Below, piece by piece: positions 1-11,412 of a DNA stretch of 26,653 bases. The stretch is from Candidatus Fervidifonticultor quintus (GTDB lineage Bacteria > Sysuimicrobiota > Sysuimicrobiia > Sysuimicrobiales > Humicultoraceae), in the NCBI GenBank assembly GCA_031459535.1, contig JAVKIJ010000042.1, positions 1 to 26,653 of the forward strand, in the 5' to 3' direction. The notes below the pieces were generated by a model, which was given only the letters and a program-made list of their open reading frames with translations, was not told the origin of the DNA and did not search any database. The position numbers and the translations under genes were made by a program. The first letter of the stretch is position 1. The number at the start of each line of letters is the position of its first letter.

Positions 1-307
1 AGGCCTTGTCGTCGGCCATCCGGATGTTGTAGGGCGGCTGGTGCTGCTTGATGAGGTTGGTCTCGAGGATAAGCGCCTCGACCTCGTTGGCCGTGACGAT
101 GGTGTCCACGTCGGCAATCTTGGGGACGAGGAGCCGCAGTCGCGGGTTGGCCTGTGCCTCGGGGTCCTGGAAGTACTGCCGGACGCGGGCGCGCAGGGAG
201 GCGGCCTTGCCCACATAGAGGACGCGGCCCGCCGCGTCCTTCATGAGGTAGACGCCTGGCCGCGCCGGCAACAGCCGGAGGGTGGTCAGCAGCGCCTCGG
301 AGGGCAT
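1..307 (-). CDS. uvrC: Excinuclease ABC subunit C, N-terminal GIY-YIG part (partial, runs off the left edge)
   Basis: Not in the ORF track; translated by hand from ATG at 307: [46 protein letters not shown]...[30 protein letters not shown], the classic UvrC N-terminus. Starts 5 nt after the uvrA stop. Confidence 0.95.
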   Translation of the reverse strand, partial: [102 protein letters not shown]

Positions 308-312
308 GGGCT

Positions 313-3246
313 CTAGCGGCGTGCGGCAGCTCGGGACATGCGGGCCGCGGCCGAGGCGCCCGTGTCCGGGGTGGCGGCCCGGGCGCGCAGGCGGCCCGGG
401 CGTCCGTCGGCCGCCATGCCCAGCACCGGTCGCAGGAACTGGCCGGTGTACGACCCTTCCACGGCGGCAACGGTCTCGGGCGTGCCCTCGGCGACAACCT
501 GTCCGCCGTACTCCCCGCCTTCCGGACCCAGATCAATGATCCAGTCGGCGGTCTTGATGATGTCCAGGTTGTGCTCGATAACGATCACGGTGTTGCCGGC
601 GTCCACGAGGCGGTGGAGGACGCCGAGCAGCCGTTCCACATCGGCAAAGTGCAGGCCGACCGTGGGCTCATCGAGGATGTAGACCGTCTGCCCGGTGTCC
701 CGTCGCGACAGCTCGGTCGCCAGCTTCACGCGCTGGGCTTCACCGCCGGAGAGCGTGGTGGCTGGCTGGCCCAGCTTGATGTACCCCAGGCCCACGTCGT
801 CCAGCGTCTGCAGCTTCCGGCGGATGCGGGGGATCGCCTCGAAGAACGTCAGCGCCTCGCTCACGGTCATCTCGAGGACTTCGCTGATGTTCTTACCCCT
901 GTACGTCACCTCCAGCGTTTCCCGGTTGTACCGCTTGCCCTTGCAGACCTCGCACGGCACGTAGACGTCGGGCAGGAAGTGCATCTCGATGCGGACGATG
1001 CCATCGCCCTCACAGGCCTCGCAGCGCCCGCCTCGGACGTTGAACGAGAAGCGCCCCGGTCCGTAGCCGCGTGATCGGGCCTCGGCGGTTTGCGCGAACA
1101 GTTCGCGGATCAAGTCGAAGGTCTTGGTATAGGTGGCGGGATTGCTGCGCGGGGTTCGACCGATGGGTGACTGGTCAATCTCGATGACCTTGTCCACGTG
1201 CTCCACGCCGTCGACGCGGTCGTGGGCGCCCGGCCGCACCCGGGCCCCGTAGATCTTGCTGACCAGGGCCCGGTAGAGAATCTCGTCGATGAGCGTGGAC
1301 TTCCCCGAACCCGAGACGCCCGTGATCGCCACAAACGTGCCCAGGGGGATGCGGACGTCGATGTTCTTGAGGTTGTGCTCCCGGGCGCCCCGGATGACCA
1401 GAGCCTCGCCGGTCCCCGGCCGGCGGCGCTGTGGCACTGGGATGCGGCGGCGGCCGGACAGGTACTGACCGGTAATGGAGCTGGGGTGCTTGGCGATGGT
1501 CGCGGGCGGGCCCGCGACCACCACATATCCGCCGTCGGCGCCGGCGCCCGGCCCGATGTCCACCACCCAGTCCGCGGAGCGAATCGTCTCCTCGTCGTGC
1601 TCAACGACCAGGATGGTATTGCCCAGATCCCGCAGGCCCTCGAGGGTGTGGATCAGCCGGCGGTTGTCGCGATGGTGGAGGCCAATGCTGGGCTCGTCCA
1701 GGACATAGAGCACGCCCATCAGCCCGCTGCCGATCTGCGTCGCCAGCCGGATGCGCTGCGCCTCTCCGCCGGAGAGCGTGGTCGCCGTCCGGTCCAGCGT
1801 AAGGTAGTCGAGGCCGACGTTGACCATGAAGCCCAGCCGTGCCTTGATCTCCTTCAGGATCTGGTGGGCGATGCGCTGGTCGCGCTCGGACAGCGTCAGG
1901 CGGTCGAAGAACTCCAGGGCTCCCCGGACCGTGAGCGCCGTGAGCTCCGCGATGTTCAGCCCGCCCACGCGGACGCTGAGGGACTCGGGTTTCAGGCGCG
2001 TGCCCCGGCAGTCGGGGCAGGCCGCGCTGGTCATGTACTGCTCGATCTCCTCCCGGACGTACTCGGAGTCCGTCTCCTGATAGCGCCGCATGAGCTGGGG
2101 GACCACACCCTCGAAGGTGCTATCGTAGCTGCGCAGCACCCCCCACTTGTTGTGGTAGCGAATGCGGATCGGCTCATCGGACCCGTGGAGCAGCACGTCC
2201 ACGAACGCGCGCGGCAGCTTCCGGACTGGTACCTTCATGTCCACGCCATAGTGCGCCGCCAGGGACTGTAGCAGTTCCTGGTAGTACTCGCTGGTGGACG
2301 CCGCCCAGGGTGCCACCGCGCCGTCCAGCAGGCTCTTGTCGCGGTCCAGGACCAGGTCTTCGTCGATCTCCTGTTTGAAGCCCAGCCCGGTGCACGTCGC
2401 ACAGGCCCCATAGGGGCTGTTGAAGGAGAAGATGCGCGGCTCGATTTCGGGCAGACTGACGCCGTCCTCGGGACAGGCAAACTGCTGGCTGAAGATCAGC
2501 AGGCGGTCCTGGCCGTCCCCACCGTCGCCGACCACGTCAATGTAGACGATGCCCTGCCCCAGTTTGAGCGCGGTCTCGACGGAATCGGCCAGCCTGGATC
2601 GGATCTCGGCGTGGACCACCAGCCGGTCCACCACGACCTCGATGTGATGCTTGCGGTTCTTGTCCAGCGGGATCTCCTCGGACAGATCGTAGATGATGCC
2701 GTCGGCCCGAACGCGGGCGAAGCCCTGCCGCCGGAGATCGTCGAAGAGCTGCCGGTACTCACCCTTGCGCCCCCGGACCACGGGGCCGAGGACCTGCACG
2801 CGGGTACCGTCGCTCAGGCCCAGGACCTGATCCACGATCTGCTCGCGCGTCTGCCGCCTGATCGGCCGGCCGCACCTGGGACAGTGCGGCTGGCCGATGC
2901 GGGCGTAGAGCAGTCGGAGGTAGTCGTAGACCTCGGTCACGGTCCCCACCGTGGATCGGGGATTGCGGGGCGCACCCTTCTGGTCGATCGAGACGGCCGG
3001 CGACAGCCCGTCGATACTGTCTACGTCCGGCTTCTCCATCAGGCCGAGGAACTGGCGAGCGTACGCGGAGAGGGACTCCACGTACTTGCGCTGGCCCTCG
3101 GCATAGATGGTGTCGAAGGCCAGCGACGACTTCCCCGATCCGGAGATGCCTGTGAGGACCACCAGCCGATCCCGGGGGATCTCGACGGTGATGCCCTTGA
3201 GGTTGTGCTCGCGGGCTCCGCGGACGACGATACGGTCAAGCGGCAT
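313..3246 (-). CDS. uvrA: Excinuclease ABC subunit A
   Basis: 977 aa; GAREHNLK twice, Walker [10 protein letters not shown] and [17 protein letters not shown] twice, CxxC zinc fingers; GGAG Shine-Dalgarno upstream of ATG 3246. Confidence 0.99.
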   Translation of the reverse strand: MPLDRIVVRGAREHNLKGITVEIPRDRLVVLTGISGSGKSSLAFDTIYAEGQRKYVESLSAYARQFLGLMEKPDVDSIDGLSPAVSIDQKGAPRNPRSTVGTVTEVYDYLRLLYARIGQPHCPRCGRPIRRQTREQIVDQVLGLSDGTRVQVLGPVVRGRKGEYRQLFDDLRRQGFARVRADGIIYDLSEEIPLDKNRKHHIEVVVDRLVVHAEIRSRLADSVETALKLGQGIVYIDVVGDGGDGQDRLLIFSQQFACPEDGVSLPEIEPRIFSFNSPYGACATCTGLGFKQEIDEDLVLDRDKSLLDGAVAPWAASTSEYYQELLQSLAAHYGVDMKVPVRKLPRAFVDVLLHGSDEPIRIRYHNKWGVLRSYDSTFEGVVPQLMRRYQETDSEYVREEIEQYMTSAACPDCRGTRLKPESLSVRVGGLNIAELTALTVRGALEFFDRLTLSERDQRIAHQILKEIKARLGFMVNVGLDYLTLDRTATTLSGGEAQRIRLATQIGSGLMGVLYVLDEPSIGLHHRDNRRLIHTLEGLRDLGNTILVVEHDEETIRSADWVVDIGPGAGADGGYVVVAGPPATIAKHPSSITGQYLSGRRRIPVPQRRRPGTGEALVIRGAREHNLKNIDVRIPLGTFVAITGVSGSGKSTLIDEILYRALVSKIYGARVRPGAHDRVDGVEHVDKVIEIDQSPIGRTPRSNPATYTKTFDLIRELFAQTAEARSRGYGPGRFSFNVRGGRCEACEGDGIVRIEMHFLPDVYVPCEVCKGKRYNRETLEVTYRGKNISEVLEMTVSEALTFFEAIPRIRRKLQTLDDVGLGYIKLGQPATTLSGGEAQRVKLATELSRRDTGQTVYILDEPTVGLHFADVERLLGVLHRLVDAGNTVIVIEHNLDIIKTADWIIDLGPEGGEYGGQVVAEGTPETVAAVEGSYTGQFLRPVLGMAADGRPGRLRARAATPDTGASAAARMSRAAARR

Positions 3247-3290
3247 ATCTGTCTCCGGAGTGTCAGCCGGTGAGCCCGCGCGCCATGGGG

Positions 3291-5474
<2,184 letters not shown>

Positions 5475-5480
5475 AAAGAT

Positions 5481-5489
5481 AGTATACCA
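5481..5489 (-). promoter_or_regulatory. Extended -10 promoter (TGGTATACT) for uvrB-uvrA-uvrC
   Basis: Minus strand reads TGGTATACT-ATCTTT-ATG; AT-rich patch in a GC-rich background; hexamer 6 nt before ATG 5474. Confidence 0.7.
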
Positions 5490-5506
5490 GCACGCCCGAT
5501 GGTTGC

Positions 5507-5534
5507 TCCACCGGTGGCGCGCAGGACCGGTGGA
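5507..5534. repeat. 9-bp perfect inverted repeat between coaE and uvrB
   Basis: TCCACCGGT (5507-5515), 10-nt spacer, ACCGGTGGA (5526-5534). No U-tract; function unknown. Confidence 0.5.
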
Positions 5535-5553
5535 ACGGGTGATCGGCGGAATG

Positions 5554-6162
5554 TCAGGAAGCGGTCTGCCAGCGCCGCCAGAGGGCGACGACCTGTTCGC
5601 GGGTTGCCTCCGGAGCCCCCGAGTTGTCGATGACCCACGTGGCAGCCGGAATCTTCTCGCCCAGGGGCCGCTGCGCCGCCAGCCGTCGTCGGGCCTCTTC
5701 CTCTGAGAGCCGGTCGCGGTGCATCAACCGCTGGAGCTGCGTGCCCTCGTCCGCATAGACCACCACGATCCCATCGAGGGGATACGCGTCGGCCGGCGTC
5801 ACATCCAGCAGCAAGGGGATGTCCACGATCACGACGGCGTCGGGCCTCTGGCGGCCGATCCTGGCAATAGCCTCGAGGATCCTCGCGCGGATCGCAGGGT
5901 GGGTGATGGCATTGAGGGTGCGGCGGGCCTCGGGATCGTTGAAGACGCGGTCGGCCAGCGCCCTGCGGTCCAGCGTGCCATCTGGCAGGATGAGCGAGGG
6001 TCCCAAGGCGGCGGCGATGTCTCCGAGGATCGGGCTGCCGGGCGCGACCACGTCCCGCGCGACGTGGTCCGCATCGATGACCTCGGCGCCCAGCTCGCGG
6101 AAGGTGGCAGCAACCAGGCTCTTGCCACTGGCGATCCCGCCAGTGAGGCCGATGACCCTCAC
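5554..6162 (-). CDS. coaE: Dephospho-CoA kinase
   Basis: [16 protein letters not shown]-loop, [35 protein letters not shown] overlap with the polA stop. Confidence 0.97.
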   Translation of the reverse strand: MRVIGLTGGIASGKSLVAATFRELGAEVIDADHVARDVVAPGSPILGDIAAALGPSLILPDGTLDRRALADRVFNDPEARRTLNAITHPAIRARILEAIARIGRQRPDAVVIVDIPLLLDVTPADAYPLDGIVVVYADEGTQLQRLMHRDRLSEEEARRRLAAQRPLGEKIPAATWVIDNSGAPEATREQVVALWRRWQTAS

Positions 6163-8783
6163 GATGCCGCAGCCGAGACCGCCACCGGCTGCATCTCGGC
6201 CCAGTTGGGCCCGGCCTTCGCCTCGGCGACCAGGGGCACGGACAGGGGGAAGGCGTCCTGCATGACCTCTCGCACGCGGGCCGCCACCGACACCACAACG
6301 GGCTCGGGCACCTCGAACAGCAACTCGTCGTGGATCTGAAGGGTCATCCGCGCGCCTGGGAAGGCCGGTAGCACGTCGCGGGCGATGCCCAGCATGGCCA
6401 GCTTGATGATATCGGCGCTGGAGCCTTGAATGGGCGTATTGATCGCGGTGCGCTCCGCGGCCTCTCTCACCTGCCGGTTGCGGCTCAGTAGATCGGGCAG
6501 ATAGCGCCGACGGTTGAGCACGGTGGTGACATAGCCGTCGCGCCGCGCCTGCTCCACCACCTGCTGCATGTACTCGTACACTTTGGGGAACCGCAGGTAG
6601 TACTGCTCGATGAACGCCCGGGCCTCTTCCCGTGAGATGCCGAGCTGGCTGGCCAGACCATGCTCGCTCATGCCGTAGGCGACCCCGAACACGATGGCCT
6701 TGGCGCGGCGCCGCAGGTCGGCGGTCACGGCCTCGGGCGGAAGCCCGAACACCTGCGAGGCGGTCACGGTGTGAACGTCCTCGCCCCGCTCGAAGGCGGC
6801 CACCAGGCCGGGGTCCCGCGTGATGTGCGCCAGCACCCTCAGGTCAATCTGCGAGTAGTCCACGCTGAGCAGGGTGGCTCCAGTCGGCGCGATGATGGCG
6901 CGGCGAATCCGGCGCCCTTCCTCGGAGCGGATCGGCAGGTTCTGCAGGTTGGGCTCCTCGGTGATAACCCGACCGGTGGCCGCCAGGGTCTGATTGAAGG
7001 TGGTGTGCACCCGGCCGGTGCGCGGGTCTGCCAGCCGCGGGAGCACATCAACGTAGGTGGACTTCAACTTGCTCAGTTCCCGGTACTCGACGATCTTAGC
7101 GACGACCTCATGGCGCGGCGCCAGGCTCTCTAACACCTCCGCATCGGTCGAGTACCCGGTCTTTGTGCGCTTCAGCGGCGGGAGGCGGAGCTTCTCGAAC
7201 AGGACAAAGGCCAGTTGCTTGGGTGATCCGATGTTGAACTCGGTGCCTGCCAGGCGGTAGATCTGGGCCTCCAGCGCCCGGAGCCGCTCGGCCAGTTCTT
7301 CGCCCAGGGCACTCAGATATGGCACATCGACAGCGACGCCGGCCTCCTCCATCTCCGCCAGGACGGCTGCCAGCGGAATCTCCACCTGGCGAAACAAGGT
7401 GTCCACCTCGCGCTGACGCATCCGCTCCTCCAGCACACGGCGCAGATGCACGAGCGCTTCGGCGTGGCTGGCAACGGACGCACCGGCGTCGGCGCCTTCA
7501 CCCTCCAGCTCCCGGCCCAGGAACTCGCGGACGGCGGTGCCCAGGGAGTGTGTACGCTTCCCCGGGTTGAGGAGATAGGACGCGATCGCCACGTCGAAGT
7601 CAAAGCCAGCAGGCACCAGCCCGTCGCGGCGGAGGCTCAACAGATCGGCCTTCAGGTCGGCGCTGATCTTCCGCACCGCGGCGTCTTCCAACACCCCCCT
7701 CAGCGCCTCGGGCACGCGGCCGGAGGCCGGCACCCATGCGGCCCGGCCGTCTGCGGCCACCCCGATCGCCAGGACCGGCGCCACCAGCGGATGGCCGGCT
7801 CCGCGCAGGAAAACCACGCCGAGTTCGGCGGCGCCACGAATGCAGGCTTCGACCGCAGACCACCCCTGGGCCCGCGGGGGCCCCGGCGCTGGCGCGGGCA
7901 CCGGCGGGCCGTCGCCGTGACGGAAGCGTTCCAGCAGGCCGCGGAACTCCAGCTCGCGAAACAGGGCCTCCACCGCCTCGGGATCCGGATCCCGACGCCG
8001 CAGCGCCTCCCAGTCGGTTCCGACGGGTACCTCCTCGACCAGCGTCGCCAGTCGCTTGCTCTGGAGCACCTGGTCACGGCGTGCGGCCAGGGCCCCACGA
8101 TACCGGGCGGGCACTTGGTCCAGGTGCTCGAAGAGCAGCTCGACGCTGCCGAACTGCTTGACCAGCGCGCTCGCGGTCTTGTCGCCGATGCCGGGCACGC
8201 CCGGGATGTTGTCGCTGGGATCCCCCCGCAGGCTCTTGAAGTCGGGGAGCTGTCGAGGCTCGAACCCGAAACGCTGGCGCACTCGGGCTGCGTCGTACAC
8301 CACGGTCTCGGTGACGCCCCGGCTCGTGACCATGACGCTCACCCGAGCCTCGACGAGCTGCAGGGTGTCCAGGTCACCGCTGACGATGAGCACGTCGAAG
8401 CCCTGCTGGCTGGCGCGCCGTGCCACCGTGGCAATGACGTCATCGGCCTCGTAGCCCGGCGATTCCAGGGTCGGGATGCGCAGGGTCTCGAGGACCTGCC
8501 GGCTCAAGGCGATCTGCGGCCGCAGGTCGTCGGGCATGGCATCGCGATGGGCCTTGTATCCGGCGAACGCTTGGTGCCGGAACGTGGGCTCGGGGCGATC
8601 GAGGGCCGCAGCGATGAACTCGGGCCGCTCCTCCTCCAGCACCTTCAGCAGCATGGTGGTGAAGCCGTAGACCGCATTGGTCGGCCGGCCCGTGGACGTG
8701 GTGAGATAGGGCAGGGCGTAGAAGGCGCGGTAGATCAGGCCGTTGGTATCAAGGAGGACAAGCTTCCCGGGCACGCCAATCAC
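6159..8783 (-). CDS. polA: DNA polymerase I
   Basis: 5'-3' exonuclease motifs (LLDTNGLIYRAFYA, YEADD, SGDLD, GDPSDNIPGVPGIGDKTA); polymerase motifs DYSQIDLR, RRRAKAIVFG..YG, QIHDEL; middle domain lacks obvious proofreading acidic motifs. GTG start at 8783 (alternative GTG 8774). Confidence 0.98.
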   Translation of the reverse strand: MIGVPGKLVLLDTNGLIYRAFYALPYLTTSTGRPTNAVYGFTTMLLKVLEEERPEFIAAALDRPEPTFRHQAFAGYKAHRDAMPDDLRPQIALSRQVLETLRIPTLESPGYEADDVIATVARRASQQGFDVLIVSGDLDTLQLVEARVSVMVTSRGVTETVVYDAARVRQRFGFEPRQLPDFKSLRGDPSDNIPGVPGIGDKTASALVKQFGSVELLFEHLDQVPARYRGALAARRDQVLQSKRLATLVEEVPVGTDWEALRRRDPDPEAVEALFRELEFRGLLERFRHGDGPPVPAPAPGPPRAQGWSAVEACIRGAAELGVVFLRGAGHPLVAPVLAIGVAADGRAAWVPASGRVPEALRGVLEDAAVRKISADLKADLLSLRRDGLVPAGFDFDVAIASYLLNPGKRTHSLGTAVREFLGRELEGEGADAGASVASHAEALVHLRRVLEERMRQREVDTLFRQVEIPLAAVLAEMEEAGVAVDVPYLSALGEELAERLRALEAQIYRLAGTEFNIGSPKQLAFVLFEKLRLPPLKRTKTGYSTDAEVLESLAPRHEVVAKIVEYRELSKLKSTYVDVLPRLADPRTGRVHTTFNQTLAATGRVITEEPNLQNLPIRSEEGRRIRRAIIAPTGATLLSVDYSQIDLRVLAHITRDPGLVAAFERGEDVHTVTASQVFGLPPEAVTADLRRRAKAIVFGVAYGMSEHGLASQLGISREEARAFIEQYYLRFPKVYEYMQQVVEQARRDGYVTTVLNRRRYLPDLLSRNRQVREAAERTAINTPIQGSSADIIKLAMLGIARDVLPAFPGARMTLQIHDELLFEVPEPVVVSVAARVREVMQDAFPLSVPLVAEAKAGPNWAEMQPVAVSAAAS

Positions 8784-8791
8784 CGTTCCGT

Positions 8792-8800
8792 AGTATAGCA
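8792..8800 (-). promoter_or_regulatory. Extended -10 promoter (TGCTATACT) for polA-coaE
   Basis: Minus strand TGCTATACT-ACGGAACG-GTG, 8 nt before GTG 8783. Confidence 0.65.
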
Positions 8801-8864
8801 GGGGCTACCGGGGCCACGGCGGCGCCAGGCGTCAATGACCGGATGGCATCCGAGCGCCACCTCG

Positions 8865-8873
8865 TGCTATATT
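8865..8873 (+). promoter_or_regulatory. Extended -10 promoter (TGCTATATT) for tRNA-Leu
   Basis: TGn-TAnnnT pattern ending 11 nt before the tRNA 5' end; divergent from the polA promoter. Confidence 0.6.
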
Positions 8874-8884
8874 CGCGGATGAAG

Positions 8885-8970
8885 GCCGGGGTGGTGAAAC
8901 GGCAGACACGCGGGTCTCAAAAACCCGTGAGGGAAACCTCGTGCGGGTTCAACTCCCGCCCCCGGCACCA
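8885..8970 (+). tRNA. tRNA-Leu (anticodon CAA)
   Basis: Acceptor stem GCCGGGG/CCCCGGC, discriminator A, encoded CCA; anticodon stem CGGGT/ACCCG with loop CTCAAAA (CAA 8918-8920); long variable arm GAGG-GAAA-CCTC; T arm GCGGG-TTCAACT-CCCGC. Confidence 0.98.
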
Positions 8971-9000
8971 TCGGCGACCTCGACACCATCGCTGCCCGGT

Positions 9001-10080
9001 TTATGCATCCCTTTCCCGGAGACCGGGGGGAAGATCCACGGATCCGGTAGCGGCCGTCGTCCCCATGGCCAGGTAGCGATCGAAGAACAACCGGAGCAGA
9101 CCCGGCCTCGCCATCACCGCCGCCGCCAGCCCCACCCACCCCCGAGGCAGGCACAGCACCACCAGATTCGCCCACAGCAGTGCTCTATACCGCCTCCGGT
9201 CCGTCGCCACGAACGTCCGGTACCCTGCCTCTGCCTCCGCGGGCGAAATGCGGCCATCCAAGACCTGCTGGATCAGCGCCCCACACCGCGCGCCGGCCAG
9301 GGCTGCGGTACGGATGCCCTCACCTGACAGCGGAAGACAGTGTCCCGCCGCGTCGCCAGCAGCGAACACGCCATCCACCACGCTCGGGGTCCAGCCCGTG
9401 ACGAGATATCCGCCGTGCACCCTTGCCGGTGCGGCCCCGAAGCGCGCCATGAACCGCCCCAGGGCGGGGAGCAGTTTCGTTCGGCCGCGATACGAGAGGA
9501 CGCCGAACCGCGCCGCTTGGCCGCAGGGAAACGCCCACGCGTAGCCATCGCCGACCTCGGGCGTGAAGTGAAAGTGCAGGCCGGGCTCCACGGCCAGCGG
9601 GACTTCGCTCTCGATCCCAAACGCGACGTACCGCGGCCGGCCTCGACCCGCCAGCGCGGCCCGTGGGCCCGTGGCGTCAATAAGGAACCGGCCCGCGAAG
9701 GCACCCGCCGAGGTGAGAACCCTGGACCCGTCACGGCCGAGCACCGAGGCCCGGCGGAACTCCGCCCAGGTTCGCGCCGCCGCCTCCAGACAGAAGGCCC
9801 GATAGTCGAACGTGCAGAACGGCTCGGGGAGCCGCCACGCGACGCGCCGGCCGCAGGCGTGGATGACCAGCATCCCGTGCTCCTGCAAAACCGCCGCCTC
9901 CGCGCCCATCATGCGCACGATGCGCACCGGCGCCGCGCACGCTGAGGCCACTCCATCTCCGATCGGCTGACGATCCAGCAGCAGGACGCGGCCCCGAAGC
10001 CGCTGGGCTGCGGCCAGACCCGCAAACGAGGCGCCTGCGATGATGACGTCGTAGGGCTGGCTACTCGACCGGCCGGGCAT
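9001..10080 (-). CDS. FAD-dependent oxidoreductase, geranylgeranyl-reductase-like family
   Basis: YDVIIAGASFAGLAAA dinucleotide-binding start, LIDATG, GYAWAFP, AAGDAAGHCLPLSGEGI; substrate not inferable. Confidence 0.8.
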   Translation of the reverse strand: MPGRSSSQPYDVIIAGASFAGLAAAQRLRGRVLLLDRQPIGDGVASACAAPVRIVRMMGAEAAVLQEHGMLVIHACGRRVAWRLPEPFCTFDYRAFCLEAAARTWAEFRRASVLGRDGSRVLTSAGAFAGRFLIDATGPRAALAGRGRPRYVAFGIESEVPLAVEPGLHFHFTPEVGDGYAWAFPCGQAARFGVLSYRGRTKLLPALGRFMARFGAAPARVHGGYLVTGWTPSVVDGVFAAGDAAGHCLPLSGEGIRTAALAGARCGALIQQVLDGRISPAEAEAGYRTFVATDRRRYRALLWANLVVLCLPRGWVGLAAAVMARPGLLRLFFDRYLAMGTTAATGSVDLPPGLRERDA

Positions 10081-10789
10081 GCTCGAACTTCGTCACGCCG
10101 CGATAGGCGGGCACGGTGAGGTCCTTCTGCCGGCTAATGGCGATCAGGAGCCCGAGCGCGCGGAGCCCATCGATCAGCCCGCCCCGAATGTTCAGGGCGC
10201 CCTCGAGGGTCGCCGGGTCGCCGATCGCGGCGATGGTGAACGGCCCTGTCAGGCGTTGAAGGTTGACCACGACCGTACCACCGACCTGCCCGAACCCGGT
10301 CGTGGCCGTCACGCGCTGCCCGTTGACGGCCACGGCCTCGGCACCTGCCGCCCACAGCTCGTTGATGACGGCCACGAGATCCTGATAGGTCACCACCACG
10401 GGGGTACTGCCTGCCGGCTGCGCCTTGGCGTCCTCAAGGGTCACGACGACCCCTGGCCCGCGCATGGCCTTGAGGCCCACCGCCATCCGCAGGCTGTCGA
10501 GCTCCTTGCTCATGGCCGAGGCCAGCGTCCGGCCCTCGGCTGTTGCCCGCTCGTACTCCGCCTGACGCCGCTGCAGCTCTTCGACCTTGCGCTCCAGATC
10601 CGCTCGCGCGTCGCGCTCCTGGCGCAGCAGTGTGGCCAGGGCGTAGACATTCCGCGTGGGTACCTCGGGTTGGGAGCGGAGGAGCCGACCGGCGCGGACC
10701 TGCACCACGAAGAGGAACCCCAGGCCGAGCAGCACCAGGGCTGCCACAACCTGCAGCCAGGTGATACGGGCCGGCCGCCGGGCGCTCAC
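10061..10789 (-). CDS. DUF881 family membrane-anchored coiled-coil protein (YlxW/YlxX-like)
   Basis: N-terminal TM helix, coiled coil, then GPGVVVTLED, DLVAVINELWAAGAEAVAVNGQR, PFTIAAIGDPATL. Confidence 0.88.
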   Translation of the reverse strand: MSARRPARITWLQVVAALVLLGLGFLFVVQVRAGRLLRSQPEVPTRNVYALATLLRQERDARADLERKVEELQRRQAEYERATAEGRTLASAMSKELDSLRMAVGLKAMRGPGVVVTLEDAKAQPAGSTPVVVTYQDLVAVINELWAAGAEAVAVNGQRVTATTGFGQVGGTVVVNLQRLTGPFTIAAIGDPATLEGALNIRGGLIDGLRALGLLIAISRQKDLTVPAYRGVTKFEHARPVE

Positions 10790-11412
10790 TGCCCCTGCCC
10801 CCTGGATCGTGCGATGCGCTCCTGCAACCGCCTGACCCCCTCGTCGCCCACGAAGATGCCCGCGTGGGACCCGGCGACGCGGCCAGCCGGATCCACGAAG
10901 AACGTGGTAGGGATGGCCGTGACCCGGTAAGCCCGCATGACGTCCCCTGTCATGTCAATGGCCGCCGGGTACGTGACACCATACCGGGCGAGAAACGCTC
11001 GCGCCGCCTCAGGCTCATCTTGAATGGCGATCCCCAGGAATGTGACACCGCGTCCCCTGCCGGCCTGCCACGCTCGCTCGAGGTCGGCCGCCTCCAGCGC
11101 GCACGGGCCGCACCACGACGCAAAGAAGTTGATGACCACCACGTCGCCGCGGAAGTCCTTCACCGCGATGCGGCTGGCGTCGCGCAGCGACGGCAGCGAG
11201 AAGTCGGGCGCCAAGCGCGACGGCGGAACCGTCTCCGGCAATTGGGACCCCGTCGGTCTGCCGGGTGCCGTCGCCCGGCGCTGCCCCAGCGAATACGCCA
11301 CCACGACGGCCGCCAGCAGGACGCAGGCCCCGGCGAGGGCGAGCAGCGCGCGGGCGGGTGACGCGGTGCGGGGCGGCTCCGGCGGTGCGTCCCGCCCCGG
11401 GCCCTCAGCCAT
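10786..11412 (-). CDS. TlpA/ResA-like membrane-anchored thiol-disulfide oxidoreductase
   Basis: TM anchor, APDFSL, VVINFFASWCGPC, AIPTTFFVD. True start is probably ATG 11412 (208 aa), overlapping the dnaE stop, rather than the 11709 start in the track. Confidence 0.88.
   Translation of the reverse strand: MAEGPGRDAPPEPPRTASPARALLALAGACVLLAAVVVAYSLGQRRATAPGRPTGSQLPETVPPSRLAPDFSLPSLRDASRIAVKDFRGDVVVINFFASWCGPCALEAADLERAWQAGRGRGVTFLGIAIQDEPEAARAFLARYGVTYPAAIDMTGDVMRAYRVTAIPTTFFVDPAGRVAGSHAGIFVGDEGVRRLQERIARSRGQGQ

Noticed and set aside
5475..5553. LexA/SOS box before the uvr genes
   Set aside because: No GAAC-N4-GTTC or CTGT-N8-ACAG match found by eye.
7400..7950. Degenerate 3'-5' exonuclease domain of Pol I as a novelty
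   Set aside because: Loss of proofreading is common in Pol I, for example Thermus and Bacillus enzymes.
8971..10080. Genomic island downstream of tRNA-Leu
   Set aside because: No integrase, no obvious compositional shift, and the neighbouring gene is the tail of the dnaE operon.
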